64,000 bases of DNA from Vicugna vicugna (taxonomy: Eukaryota): positions 2,634,765 through 2,698,764 of the forward strand of contig MU057801.1 of the NCBI GenBank assembly GCA_013265495.1, written 5' to 3'. The notes below the pieces were generated by a model. The model saw only the letters and a program-made list of their open reading frames with translations, was not told where the DNA came from and did not search any database. The translations under genes and the position numbers were made by a program. Shown here piece after piece: positions 12,986-25,200 of the stretch (its first letter is position 1; the number at the start of each line of letters is the position of its first letter).

Positions 12986-15900
12986 CGTCGCAGTGGGTTA
13001 AGGCTGGGACTGACCAGCACCCTGTTTGTGCCAGTGGATGTGTGTCCTCAAAACAATGGGCTACTCATTCCTCAGATGGAGTTAAGGGCAAGAACCAGCT
13101 CACTGAGTTCTGGTGTTGCGTGAGGGGCGGGGCTCAGGGGAGGCTCTGGGTGGGCAGGGGACCCCAGCACCCCAGGCCCTGGGCACAGCCCTCCTACTGT
13201 GAGCTCAGGACCCCGCCCACTCAAGGGCCCTGTGATGCTGGCGGGGCAGCAGCCCCCCGAGGAATGCACCCGGGGACACAGGGAGGGCCTGTGGCAGGGA
13301 AGCACCCTGGTTCCCTCCTCGGGCCCCCCCACCTCCCTGGGCACACCTAGGACGCTCCTGAAACAGGAAGAGGCCGAGCAGCCCCCACCCCCGCCACACC
13401 AGGAACTCCCCCAAGGGCAGCTCATCAGGTCTCGGGCCGGGGGAGGGGCAGGACTCTCCACAGGGCTCGCCCCGCCGGGCTTCAGTGTCCCCGCTGGGCT
13501 TCAGTGCGCAGAGGCAGGGCCCGCGCCCCAGGCGGGGCATGAGTCCCACGTGCCTTAGTTTTTCAGAAAAGCAAGCTGAGGGACATTTACCAAAAACCCT
13601 CACTACCAGCTGCTCTTTGTCAGGAAGCAGCTGTCCACAGCGCTTCTGGGACGTGAGCTGCACACCTGGTGGTAATTCCAGGGCAGGCTAAATCCTCTTT
13701 GACCTGCAGACACAGGCACCTCTGGCTGCAGCTCTCACTGCTCTGGCCTTGTCCCCGAGGTTCTGACTGTGCCCCCAAGCTCTGGCAGCAACCTGCTCAA
13801 CCACGGACCCGGTCTGATCGGCAGTGTCTCTGGGAAGCGCCCACACACCAGTGGAGGATCAGTGCCTACCCGGGGAGGGCGAGCAGAGCCCGGCACATCG
13901 ACGTCCGACGTCCGTGGGGCCAGAGTCAGCTGTGAAGGAGGCGGTGTGGGGCGGGACAGGACAGGAGCTGGGGGAGGAACCACCGTGATTTACATGGAAA
14001 GTCACACTTTTCAGCACGAAACAGCAGAATGTTTCCTTGAGCTTTGCTTCCCATCCTGATCACCAGGGAGACGAGAGACTCCTTGACCCCCTCGAGTCGG
14101 GACTGGGGACTGGGGGTGATCTCACTGGGGCCAGGTGCAGCCCAGGGGCCTGCGGAGCCCCAGGTGTGCTGGTTCCTGCAGCAAGACCAAGCTGTTCCAG
14201 GGCCGGCGAGGAGCATCTGCCAAAGGCTGGTCCCATGCTGTCGCCCTGGGGCCAGCTCCACCTGCTTGATGTTTGAGACTCTAAATGTCCCTGCCCCAGG
14301 GAGAGTCTACCAGCCCTGGGAAAGCTGGGCCTCCGCCCTGCACACTGTTCCCGGGTAGGGGGCAACATACCCCCTTCAGCGCCACTGTCACCCTAATCTC
14401 CCCAAGTCCCAGCCCCCATCTCTTGCGGTCTGAGTCATTTTTTTCAAGACCAGCCTTCCTGGCTCAGCCTGTCCCACCCTGTGGGGGTCCGCCCACCCCT
14501 CTCTTCCTGCGCCTTTCTGGGCCACAGTCCCCACCCCCCATCATGCAGGGGAAGGTGGGGAGTCCCACTCATTTGAGAAGTCCACTTCTCTGAGCTGCCC
14601 GGCACCCCCCCCCGGACGCCAGCGTTGTGTGACGCAGAAGAATTTTCTGTTCCTCCTGACCAGGCCACCAGCAGCCACAGTGTGAGTCACGACCCCCTCT
14701 CACCCCCACACCCAGCCTCCAGCTAGGGGATGTCAGATTTGCCCTCCCCACACCCTGCCCACTTCCGTGCTTTCTAACTAGTCCCCACCCCAGCATCCCT
14801 CCTCCTGCCAGGTTAGTGTCACTGTCACAGTCCTCCCCTCCTGGACTGTGCCCCACACCGCCCACGACTCTGAGCACATGGCGTCACCCACAGCACCACC
14901 ACCGAGAGGTACTTCTTGAATGAGATAAAAAGATTAGGTCCTTAGAACCTGTCAAACCTGGGTTAAACCCGCCCCTTGGAGGCCTCAGCTCCTCCCTGGA
15001 GAAGGGGGACACACGGCCCCCACAGACGTGGGAGAAGAGCCCCCAGACCTCCGCCTCAGGTTGGGGTGCGGGCTCCCTGGCTGCGCCCCGGGCCTGGGCC
15101 GTCTGTCTTCCTCCGGGAGGAGACCCTCCTTTGCTGGCTCTGCACCAGCCCTCCCCTGTTGTCGTCTTCTGAAGGGTCACCCTGAAAACAGGTTTGACTT
15201 TTCAACATTAAATTAAAAACGGGGTTTTAGTTTATTTAGACAACTGTGCTGGTGAAACCTTACTGAACTGAAGCCTACGTCTCAGGAAATGTAGTTAAAA
15301 CTAAACCAACCTCAGTGATCTCAGAACCTCGTCCAACTGTACCAACATCACGTAGGAGCTGAGGTCACGCGTCTGAAGGGACACTCGTCAGAGGCTCGGC
15401 CTCAGCTAGCTTCACCTCGTTAATACAATCCCATTCAAGCCCGCCGAGGCAAACTGCACACACGGGTAGCATCTGAAACGCAAGTGTCAGTGGCTCCCTC
15501 AGACCCCGACAGCGAGTTCCACTGGTTTTGTTACACTCTTCTGTATTTTTCAAACTTCCTACCAAACAGATAAACCTACAATCAGAGAAGGCAATATATG
15601 TAATTCGTACAAAGACAGCCAGCTGTGGACAGCGACCCCCGGGGGGCGAGGGGACCGTCCGACGGCACAGCCGCCCGAGCCTCGGCCCCTGGGAGGCGGC
15701 TCTCAGTCTGCTGCTCAGACCACCTGATGGGCAGGTTCAAGCTGTTTTCCAGGAAGCTGAAGCTGAAAACCACACTGGACTTCCTGTCAACGGCAGACCT
15801 GAGCCAGCGCCCGCCCAGCACAGCCCAGCGGATGGGGATGTCACTCGAGGGCCGGACGGCTGCAGTGGAGTCTCAGAGATGCTGCCCGGGGCCTCGTGGG

Positions 15901-17389
15901 GCCAGCGCTCTGGGACAGCACAGCCAGCAACGGCGGCACCTGCTGGGGCGCTCTCGCAGGGGACGGGCCTGCCCAGCTGCCCCGACCCTGGGACCCAGCT
16001 GGGCCACCCAAAAGGAGGTGCCCCGCACAGGCAGGCAGCACCAGCCCCCTTTGGAAGAGGCTGACCCGGGGCCCCCAGGGTCTCAGGTCCATGCAGATCC
16101 AACCCAGACACAGACCCGGCCACACTCCCTCTGCCCACTCCCAGCGCCCCTCCGCCGCTCCACCACACGGAGAGGAGACCCTCAGGTGGGCTGCACGTGG
16201 CGCGCTGGGCGGGGGTTCTGTGTGCCGCCCTCGCGTCAGACATCCATTTCTGAGAAGGGCTTCGTGGGTGGACACGGCCTCCTCCAGGACCCTCGCTCAG
16301 ATGAGCTGATGGGCTCAGACACCCTGGCAAGACCTTCCGCTGGGCTGGGCTGGGGTGTTGCCGCACTCCCCCCACCGTGACCCGTGAGCCAGGCGGCCAC
16401 CGGGGACACGTGCCAGCTGCCTGACCAACCCCAGCTGGAGCCCGTGGACTGTCCGTGTCACCAACCCTGCGCCCAGCCCACTGACCCTCATCCCCACCCC
16501 AAGCTCAAGGTTCAGGCCCTCCTCTCCACCCATCAGCCCCACACTGGGGCTCCTTGTCCCCCACAGGACGCCCCAGATCAGCCCGAGAAAGCCTTCTACT
16601 CAAGCCGCTTCACCCTGTTGAACACACGCGCTGTTATCCGCCCAAAAGTTGAGATCTCCTCACAGCCAGGGACCCCATGTCTCCCCGGACGGCAGCGGTC
16701 CACCCCAGAGCCTCAGCCCCGCCCACTCCTCCCCACGTGCTGCTCCACTCGGTCAGCGACAGAAAACAGCTGAGCTGGCCGCCTGCCGGGGACAAGCCAG
16801 CCCCGGTCACCTCTGCAAGAGAGCATCTCAGTAAAACCTGGGAAGTCTCAGTAAAGAGGAGGCGTCTGCAAGCCAAAAACTCTCTTCCCTTCCTCCCGCC
16901 CCCATAATTTTAGATCTCTCCTCAAACTTTATTATGTTAATACACGAGGGGTCCACGACTGCTGCAGGAAAACTGAGAATCAGAAGCCTGAGGTCAAGTC
17001 ACCCGAGGGCCCAGAAGAAAAGTCCCCGCCCACTTGTGGCCCACACGCCTGGGGGCACTGCCCCGCGGCCACCTGCTGGGGACGAGCTGAGGGGCCAGAG
17101 CCAAAGGGCGGCCTCGAAGGCTGGGTGGAGGGGCCCTCTGAAGACCGAGGCCCCCCCCCCAACGAGGCTCATCCTGGTCCTGGCGGCGTGTCCAGGTTTC
17201 TCGAACCGCGGGAAGTAACCGGGTCCTGAGAGGGGCCGTGTGGGCGCACACTGCGCCGCCCACCACACCGGCCCTCGGCTCTGAGCGCGGAGCCAACACG
17301 GGGGCGCACGGCGGATGCCCTAGGGTGCGGGGCGGACGGGCGGGGGCCACGCTCCTAGCAACGCTTTCATCTGCCTGCTTCTCTTCCAG

Positions 17390-17562
17390 ACTCGTGTTCT
17401 CAGGTCCTTCACTCAGGCGTGAAGCCAGGGTTCCCCAAGACCATCAAGACCGACAACCCAGACGTCCTCAGGGCGGCCAGACACAGCGCCGAGAGGTTCA
17501 ACAACTGCTCCAACGACGTCTTCCTGTTCAAGGAGTCGCGAGTCCGCAGAGCCCTCGTCCAG
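17390..17562 (+). CDS. CST7: Cystatin F coding exon 2
   Basis: Acceptor ttctcttccag|A, donor CAG|gtggg; DSCSQVLHSGVKPGFPKTIKTDNPDVLRAARHSAERFNNCSNDVFLFKESRVRRALVQ with the cystatin F dimerisation cysteines C26/C63 and the N62 sequon. Confidence 0.97.
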
Positions 17563-18130
17563 GTGGGTCTGGGCTCCCCGCCTGCAGCTGCCCTTTCCCT
17601 GCACAGGCGTCACACCCTGCAGGGTCCCAAGGCTCCTCAGCGACCCTGTACAGGCAGCTCAGCCCCCCCATCCCAGGATGGCCTCCAGGGCAGCCAGGCC
17701 AGGCTCATCCTCGGTCCCGAGCACACACGTCAGCAAGGGCCCAGGACAGTGACGGGACAGTCACCCACTGAAAGCAGGGCCCAGGGCAGCCAGTCAGCGA
17801 GCTCCGCGTTCACCCACTGGGGCGCTGGTGTCAGGTGGGCACAGGGGGCCGCTCCACGGGCTGACTCAGGACAACGGTCGCCCTGGGTCATGAGATGCAG
17901 GGTGACGTCCTCATCTTTATTCTCCTCGGGGACCGCAAGCGGAGAGCAGGATGCAGTCACCGTCATAGTGGGCATTCTGTGCAGTGGAGCGGCCAGCATC
18001 AGGTTCCAGGGGCCCAGACCCCGGTCTTCGCTCCCTACCTCACCCCCTCCCCCGTCTCAGGCCACGTCCTGCTGCTGGAGGAGCTGCAGCCGTCCGTCCT
18101 GGACCTGGTGACCCGGCTCTGTCCCCTCAG

Positions 18131-18247
18131 GTAGTGAAAGGCCTGAAGTTCATGCTGGACGTGGACATTGGGAGAACCACCTGCAAGAAGACTGGGCACC
18201 CGAGCCTGGATGACTGCGACTTCCAGACCAACCGCACCCTGAAGCGG
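18131..18247 (+). CDS. CST7: Cystatin F coding exon 3
   Basis: cccctcag|GTA, CGG|gtaaga; completes the cystatin QxVxG loop (Q|VVKG); ...RTTCKKTGHPSLDDCDFQTNRTLKR with an NRT sequon. Confidence 0.97.
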
Positions 18248-18495
18248 GTAAGAGGGGTCTCGCCTCCTGGCACGCAGGCCCCCACCCACCCCCACAGCCT
18301 CGGGCGTCACCCTCAGCACTTCTCTGTCCCCCAGGTTCCCAATCTCACCCCAGGCAGCAGTGCCACCGGAGAGCAGGGAGGCGGCAGCCCCCCAGGCCTC
18401 CCCAGGCGACCCCCACACTCCCAAAGGCACACCTGCAGGCAGTAAGCGCTGCGGGCTTGGGGCAGGGGAGAGCTTTCATGCAATTCAGAAATCAC

Positions 18496-18605
18496 GGCGA
18501 GGAGGGTGCAGCTCAGCGGCAGAGCGCGTGCTTAGCACGCACGAGGTCCTGGGTTCACTCCCTCTAAGAATAAATAAACCTGATTAACTCCCCCACAAAA
18601 AAAAA
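18496..18605 (+). mobile_element. tRNA-derived SINE (Vic-1-like) in CST7 intron 3
   Basis: ggagggtgcagctcagcggcagagcgcgtgcttagc...gtcctgggttca then aataaataaa and A-tail. Confidence 0.82.
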
Positions 18606-18943
18606 GGTTTTTATTAAAAAAAAATTAAATACACACACATAAGGAGAGCAAATGTGGCAAAATTTGGTTAACTTGTAAATATGGATGTCGAATATATATT
18701 CTTGAATTATTACTTCGGTGTTTCTGTAGGTTTAAAATTTTTCGAAACAACTCAGAGCAGAGAGAGAAATGTTCAGTAAAGAAAACACACGTGCACACCC
18801 ACGCGCACACCCACATGCGCGAGCACACCCACGCGCATGTGCAAACAGCCTCAGCAGCCGCGCTGGGAGCCCACCTCTGCGGCGGTGGGGGGGGGCAGGG
18901 GGCGGCCTCCAGGAAGGAGGACCCTCAGGCCCCCTTGTTCCAG

Positions 18944-19021
18944 GCTCTCAGCTGCTACTCGGAAGTCTGGGTGGTCCCCTGGCTCCAGAGCTTCCAGGTG
19001 CCCGTCCTCCGCTGTCATTGA
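18944..19021 (+). CDS. CST7: Cystatin F coding exon 4 (last)
   Basis: ttgttccag|GCT; ALSCYSEVWVVPWLQSFQVPVLRCH* contains the cystatin PW loop; total CDS 438 nt = 145 aa. Confidence 0.96.
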   Translation, partial: ALSCYSEVWVVPWLQSFQVPVLRCH

Positions 19022-19395
19022 CCGCAGCCCCGGCCCCTGGCTCCCTTCCTGCCATCACCGCCTGGTCATCAGGACTCCAAAACAGCACCTCTCAGACGGC
19101 AGCGCGGGAGCCCACGACAGAACCACGTCACCACCTGCAGCCGGACTGAACATTCCACACGTGCTTCTAAACTTAACTAGTCTTCCCAACGCTGCCCACC
19201 TGGATTCAGGGCGAGTCCTCCGATGGGCATTACGTGGGTCCTGGACCCTGAATGCCCCGTGGCCCCAGGCTGCCAGTGAAAGCCTGGAGCCACCCTTCTG
19301 TCTGAATAATCCATTGCTCCAGCACCAGGCGGGGGACAGGCCAGCTCCTGCGCACCATGGCCTCTTGGGGCGAATAGTTACGAGTGGTAAACATG

Positions 19396-19401
19396 AATAA
19401 A
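19396..19401 (+). terminator. CST7: Probable CST7 polyadenylation signal
   Basis: First AATAAA after the stop codon, about 375 nt downstream. Confidence 0.75.
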
Positions 19402-21381
19402 GAACTGACCACCCAAAGGAATGCCTCTGCCAGACCTGCTCTGGGAGAACGGGGAAGCAGATGCGCATCGGGAGGCCCCTTTCCTCCACAGAGCTCTCCG
19501 AAGCTCTGCCATGCTACAACCAGAGCCCCAGAGACAGCTCCTCGCCTGGGAGGGGCTGGCCCCCCAGGCTGTGCAGTCCTGGGTGGGGGCCGCCCAAGGC
19601 TCGGCCCCTGTGCAGCTGTGCTTGGACAGGTGGGGAGGGGACAGAGCCGGAGACCCTGTGGCCCACCAGGGAGAGGGGAGAAGGCTGGGGCGGGGCGCAG
19701 GGAGACGCTGTGGGCTAGGTGGCAGGCTGGGCCACCCAGGAAGGTGACCAGACGTCTGAGCCAGTGAGGCCGAAGCGTCCTCTTCAAACCATAGATGAGC
19801 ACAAAGGGCGCTGTCACCTTTAGGAAAACGACTCGCTAAATTACAAGAAACAGGAAGCATGCATTCAGCGCGTACGGTGATTCAACACACTGTCGTAAAT
19901 GTGACGGGTGAAAGCAAGGGACTGCACCCCCATCTAACTTACCACCCCTGGGGAAACAGAAAGCTAGGGCCCAGGGTTCTAAGATGACCAAAAAGAAGAA
20001 ACGCTTGAGGTCTCAAACTGACCAAAATCAATCAGAGTTCAGAATTCCAACAGCCTGCCCTGAGCTTCCCCCCGCCAGGCCCCCCACACGCCGCCACATA
20101 GCCATGCAGATTCGGGGTTCAGCTCTGGGCCCCCATTCCAGCACCCAGCCCCCCAGGTTGCAGATGGGCCAGGCTGAGGAACGGCCACCGCCTGGGGGAC
20201 CTACAAGGCCTCCGCCACACTGCTGCCTGGCCACCCGCAAGTCTGACCCCAGGCTGGGCGGCGGCCACCCAGTCTCCGCACCCCAGCACCCCCAGCAGCC
20301 TCGCCGTGCGCCGGCTGTGCCCCCAAGCAGGTCCCTCCGCAGCCTCAGCTCCCCCACAAGATGCAGCTGTGACCTTGTGTCACAAAAAGGTCAGGGTACG
20401 TGACAGCTGTTCAAGTCTGCAGAGGGCCCTGCAAGTCTCCAGGCAGGCCCTCCGTCCGAGAAAAGGCAGCACTGAGTCCCGCTGGCGTTTCTGGAACAGG
20501 TGGTGAGGAAGCACACAGTGAATGAGCCGTGCGATGTAGTTTTCAGAGCACGTGAGGGATTCACATTAGAGCGAGTCTGTCTGCTTTCCAACAAGCGCCT
20601 GTGGCGCACGCAAGCCTATGGAGGCTGCATTCTGCACCTCACTGCGGCGAATGCCAGGTAAAACACAGGAAATGACACTTTGAGACAGAAAGTCAACATC
20701 TGAGTCAAAAAAAGACGCCTTTGCTGGAAACTGTGAAAAGCTACCAGCTCCTCTGCACTGAGAGCAAAGCCCTCAGCTCCCAACCAAGAAGGAACCCGGG
20801 TGGGCACACCTGGGGTGCATGTCTACCGAAGAACGATCGGGTTCACTGACTATCCCGCACACTCACTAGACACCCGTGGCGCACCGCTTCCCGTGAAAAA
20901 GCATTTCCCATGAAATGACATAACGCCAAGTCGTCACCAGGCAGGGCATGGGCCAGCCTGACTCTGCTCCACGCTGCTGAAAGGCCGGCCCGAGCCGGCG
21001 ACCTGGGATGCGCCCCAGCAGATCCCGACTCTCCCACGGCAGGGGTGGGGGGCTGTGAGCGTCGGCCCCACCACGGCTGTCAGCCTCCCTGACCTGCAGC
21101 ATCAGCTACCAACAGTAGCGTCTATTCAAGTTACAGAGGCAACTGCAGAGACACAAGCCCTGGCGCCTTCTCACGAACACCCAGGAGAGGAAGGAGCACC
21201 GAGCCCCGCTGTGCAGGCCGGAGAACAGGAGAGGCGGCCGCCGTGGGGGGGCCGCACAGACCTAAACCAGATCCCAGCGGGACAGCCGCTCCACGGGACA
21301 CCGAGGAACCAGATCGCACTCGGCTGTTACGGTGGAAGAGACAGGAGAAACGCCCAAGCAAGGCCATCGGGGAGAAGTCCG

Positions 21382-21387
21382 TTTAAT
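21382..21387 (-). terminator. APMAP: Possible APMAP polyadenylation signal (ATTAAA)
   Basis: tttaat on + = ATTAAA on -, about 760 nt past the stop, in an otherwise GC-rich 3' UTR. Confidence 0.5.
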
Positions 21388-22145
21388 TATCATAACCTCG
21401 GGCCTGCAACACCTGGGCCCGAGCAGATGCCCCGTCAGTATACACAGCAGCACCAGGCCTGTGTCGTGGAGCGGATGCGACATCCCCACGTGCGCTCTTC
21501 ACATCGGGGCTGGCGGTGCAGAGCCAGGTGTGTGAACAGGACCCCCCTCCCCCGGCCCCACCTTCAATCCCCATCCTTCCATCCGGTGGCCGGCCCCAGG
21601 GAAGGGGGGTCCCCTGAGCTGCTGGAATCAACATGCGGCTCCTCTGCCTGCACTCAGCTCCTTGCCTTCAAGGGCCAGGGGACTCAGGCAGGGAGGGGGC
21701 CGAGTGGGGCAGGAGAGTGGGAGCTACGGGAGGGACCCTGGGGCCGAGGCCGTGTCCTACTGACCCTGGAGAACAGGGTTGTGACGTCTTTGTTGGCCCG
21801 GCCACAGCCTGACACACGTTTGCTCTGAGCTCCCCCCGCCCGCCCGGCCCCACCCCCAAGACAGGCGTCACCGGTTAACAGTAAAGACACCAAGGCTGGC
21901 AGCACAGAGCCTGCAGCGAAACAAGATCCTGGACGGCTCACCCACCGCCCTGTCCCTGGACCGGAGGCCCGTGTCTAGGGAACCGCTGCACCCAGGAGAG
22001 CTTTTCAGAGAAAGCAGCTTTACGGGGACTCATCATCCCCACGGCAGACACCACCTTCCCTCAGTCTCGGGGCGGAGCCCAGGGAGGGTGCCCCGCAGCG
22101 GCACCATACTTTCAGGGCCGGCAGGGCGGGTGGGCGGGGCAGGGC

Positions 22146-22355
22146 CTACAAGGCAGGGAGGCGGAGCCGGCAGAGGAAGGGGGACCTGAAGGAGCCCAGG
22201 TACAGGTGCCCGCCATGCTCGTGTGCCTCGCTCACGTAGGGGGCCACCTGGCCATCGGGGTCGTGCAGGCTCCTCCGGAAGGCCCCGCTGTCACTGAGCT
22301 CCAGGACCAGGCTGTACCGCGGCACGAGCTTCATCACCGTCTCCTGACCCAGCAG
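22146..22355 (-). CDS. APMAP: APMAP exon 9 (last coding)
   Basis: LLGQETVMKLVPRYSLVLELSDSGAFRRSLHDPDGQVAPYVSEAHEHGGHLYLGSFRSPFLCRLRLPAL*; total CDS 1248 nt = 415 aa. Confidence 0.96.
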   Translation of the reverse strand: MLGQETVMKLVPRYSLVLELSDSGAFRRSLHDPDGQVAPYVSEAHEHGGHLYLGSFRSPFLCRLRLPAL

Positions 22356-23714
22356 CTGCAAGGGAAGCAGAGCAGGAGAACAGGGCTGAGCAGGTGCCCC
22401 AGGGAACCCGCCCACAGCCTGGCACCTGACCCGACGACTTCCCGAGGCCTCGGCTCTCGCCTGCTCCACGCCAGTGTGGCCATCTGCCTGGCAGGCCCCG
22501 GCCAGCCCTGGAGGAACGTGACCTCAAAACAAACCCCCCGCTTTTTTGTCTCGTGTGACTTCCTTCCTCCTGCCCACTCTGTCCGGGGAAGTCCTCCGTT
22601 TGGACGGCTCCTCGGAGCCTGGACTCCGGCTGCTGCACAGACACTGCCCAATCTCTGAGCCGCTGAATGAAGCTGACCAGCTCTTGGATGTTTACTCAGT
22701 TTTTAACCTTCTAGTAAAGGCCCAGCTCCCACAGCGACGGGAAAGCCACACAGGGCAGGGCCAGGTGAAACCGGCCGCAGCCCCCACAGCCCCTGCAGCC
22801 TGGGCCCACCCTCTAGCAGCCCCGCTCCGGGCACAAACCGCCCTGTCTCCTCCACTGCAGCCCCCACCCCCTACACGTACAAGCTGACTGTGTTCCAGAA
22901 GGTTCCACAGCAATCGAGCCAAGTTGCATGTTGGCTCAGAATGTCCCATAAGGCTTCCCAAGACCTTCGAACCCACCTCCTTTGATCCTAGGTCCTCCCT
23001 CTGTTCGCTCCACCTTTTCCCTAAGAGACCTCAATTCCCTCCGCTTAACAACTCGTTTTCCCAGAAAGCTCTCAACTCTCCACCTGTTTCCAGCCCTCAG
23101 GGTTACAGTTCTCACCGCCAGAACCCGTCATCACCTGGGCATTTTAACAGAAGCCCCAGCTGAGGAGACAGAGCCCCAGTCCCGTTACAAAAGCCGCCAC
23201 CCGGCCACTGGCATGACTGAGCAGGGTCTGTGCGCCAGACGGTCACGCCAGAAGTCTGGAGACAGAACAGCCTGTGGTAGGAGCAGCTCTGAGGGAGCAG
23301 GTCGGCTAGTCACCTGCAGACAGCTCAAGGCAGAAGTGCCTTATCCCCTGCCCGCTGTTTTTTTTTTTAGCTCTGACGTTGTCTCAAAACTGAGAAAGAA
23401 AATCCACGAAGCTCTGGTGACACCCTGAGGAAATCGGGCTTCCTTCTCAAGTCTGCAAGGCCTGTGGTCTTCTCCCACCTCCTGACTGCTCCAGACCTGC
23501 CACTGCCCGGACACACCCACATGAAGACGCTGGCCCTGCTCCTGCCTGGACCCCCAGAATCACACCCACCACTCTGATGGAGCCCACGTGGCCCAGGAGC
23601 CGAGACACAACCCCCACCACCAACCACGTCCTCCAACAGGCACCGACACCGAGCCCCTCCCATCCTCCACTCAGGGCATCACAGGACATCATTACATGTT
23701 TCATCACCTAATGA

Positions 23715-23790
23715 AATGCTGCTATTCTTCCCACTTGACGGAAGAATAAATTGAGGCCGAGAAACCACGTCACCTGCCCAGGGTCCCTGA
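23715..23790 (-). mobile_element. MIR fragment
   Basis: attcttcccacttga...aaattgaggccgaga...acctgcccagggtc. Confidence 0.45.
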
Positions 23791-24478
23791 GGTGCTCAGG
23801 CCTTCCTCAAATCCTCCTCCTCACCTGCTCTGCCATCCACCTACTCCCAGGTCCCAGGAGAACAGAGGTGATTCTGCAGCCGACAACGTGTCATTTCTGA
23901 ACAGCGGCCACTGACATCGGAGCCACACGGAACGCCGTGGGCCAGCCTGACCGAGCAGCCCCTCAGCAGGGCCCACCTACAGGGCCAGGCGCCGTACGGA
24001 CTCAGCCCCAGCGCTGGTACCTCCCAGACCTTCACTTACAACTGTTTCAGTGTCTGTAACTGAAGACGGGCGGAATCCCACAGAGAGGGGTGAGCAAGGG
24101 CTCTGAGGCAGAAAGAAACAGGGCGGGATGGGGTCTGGGTTGGCGGGTCTGTCCGTGCACCCACAGGAGGGTGCACCTGAGACGCCGCCTAGGGCAGGGG
24201 GCGGGGGCAAAGTCGCAGGGTCTGGAGGGCAGGGCCGGAGGCCCCGCGGGTCACGATGGGGAGGTGGCGACGAGCACACCCAGGCAAGAAACCAGAAGGA
24301 AACACCAAGGGGCTCAAGCACCTACATTTACATTTCAGGCCAAAGGGTCGAATGTGTTTTAAAGATGTTGCGAAAAGCGCTAGATGTTATAAGCAGACTT
24401 AGAATTTTCAGAGCTTTCAAAATTAAAAAACTAGACACATTTTCATTTTGTATTTTGAAATTACAGTTTCATAATTAC

Positions 24479-24671
24479 CTTAAAAATCAATCTTTTAAGA
24501 TAGGGTCTCTCAGACAAGAAATCCAACATGGAAAAGCCAGGGTTGGAGCGAACGGCTGCCATGGCGACCCAGTACCCCCCGGAGCTGCTGGCCCGGATGT
24601 TGTCTGGGAATCCAGGCAAATTCTCCACGAACAGGTCAGCCCCTCCCTTCATCAGGCCGGACACGTAGAAC
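24479..24671 (-). CDS. APMAP: APMAP exon 8
   Basis: FYVSGLMKGGADLFVENLPGFPDNIRASSSGGYWVAMAAVRSNPGFSMLDFLSERPYLKRLIFK; 193 nt. Confidence 0.96.
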
Positions 24672-25065
24672 CTGAAAAAGTCACCCACGCAGGCGATGAA
24701 CAGCAGCCCTTCAACTGAAGGAAAAATTCTAGCCAAGCACCAAACTGGTCTTGGCCCCAAAAACCTGACGGACAAATTGCAAACGTGTCCATCGTGAACC
24801 TCACGGCTGCTGCAAGAGGCCCTCGGAGCCCCGGGCCCAGCAAGAGAAACAGGCGGCCCACAGGCAGGAGGAAGGGGCCTGGTCGCAGTCGGCACTCAGC
24901 CAAGACTCTCCCGGCCGACGCCCAAGGAGGCAGACGGAGGGGAGGGAGGATGAGCTGACCTGACCGCCCACCCCCGGGACAGGGTGCCTACCGCGTACCA
25001 GGCTCCGCAGCAACACCCACGCCCGTCCGGCCCGAGGACACGACAGCCCACGTGAGCTCGCCCAC

Positions 25066-25200
25066 CTCCTGATCCTCGCCATGGTCGTCTCTGCCACCAG
25101 GACAAAGTCCTCCTCAGGAGAAAGCTGCACTCCGTTGGGGAACCGCAGGCGGTCCAGCAAAACCGTCACCTCCCTGGTCTTGGTGTCGTACTCCAGCAGG
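25066..25200 (-). CDS. APMAP: APMAP exon 7
   Basis: LLEYDTKTREVTVLLDRLRFPNGVQLSPEEDFVLVAETTMARIR; 135 nt. Confidence 0.96.

Noticed and set aside
18128..18139. Identical CAGGTAGTGAAA at the CST7 exon 3 and ACSS1 exon 14 acceptors
   Set aside because: Both exons begin with VVK after a CAG; unrelated genes, best read as coincidence
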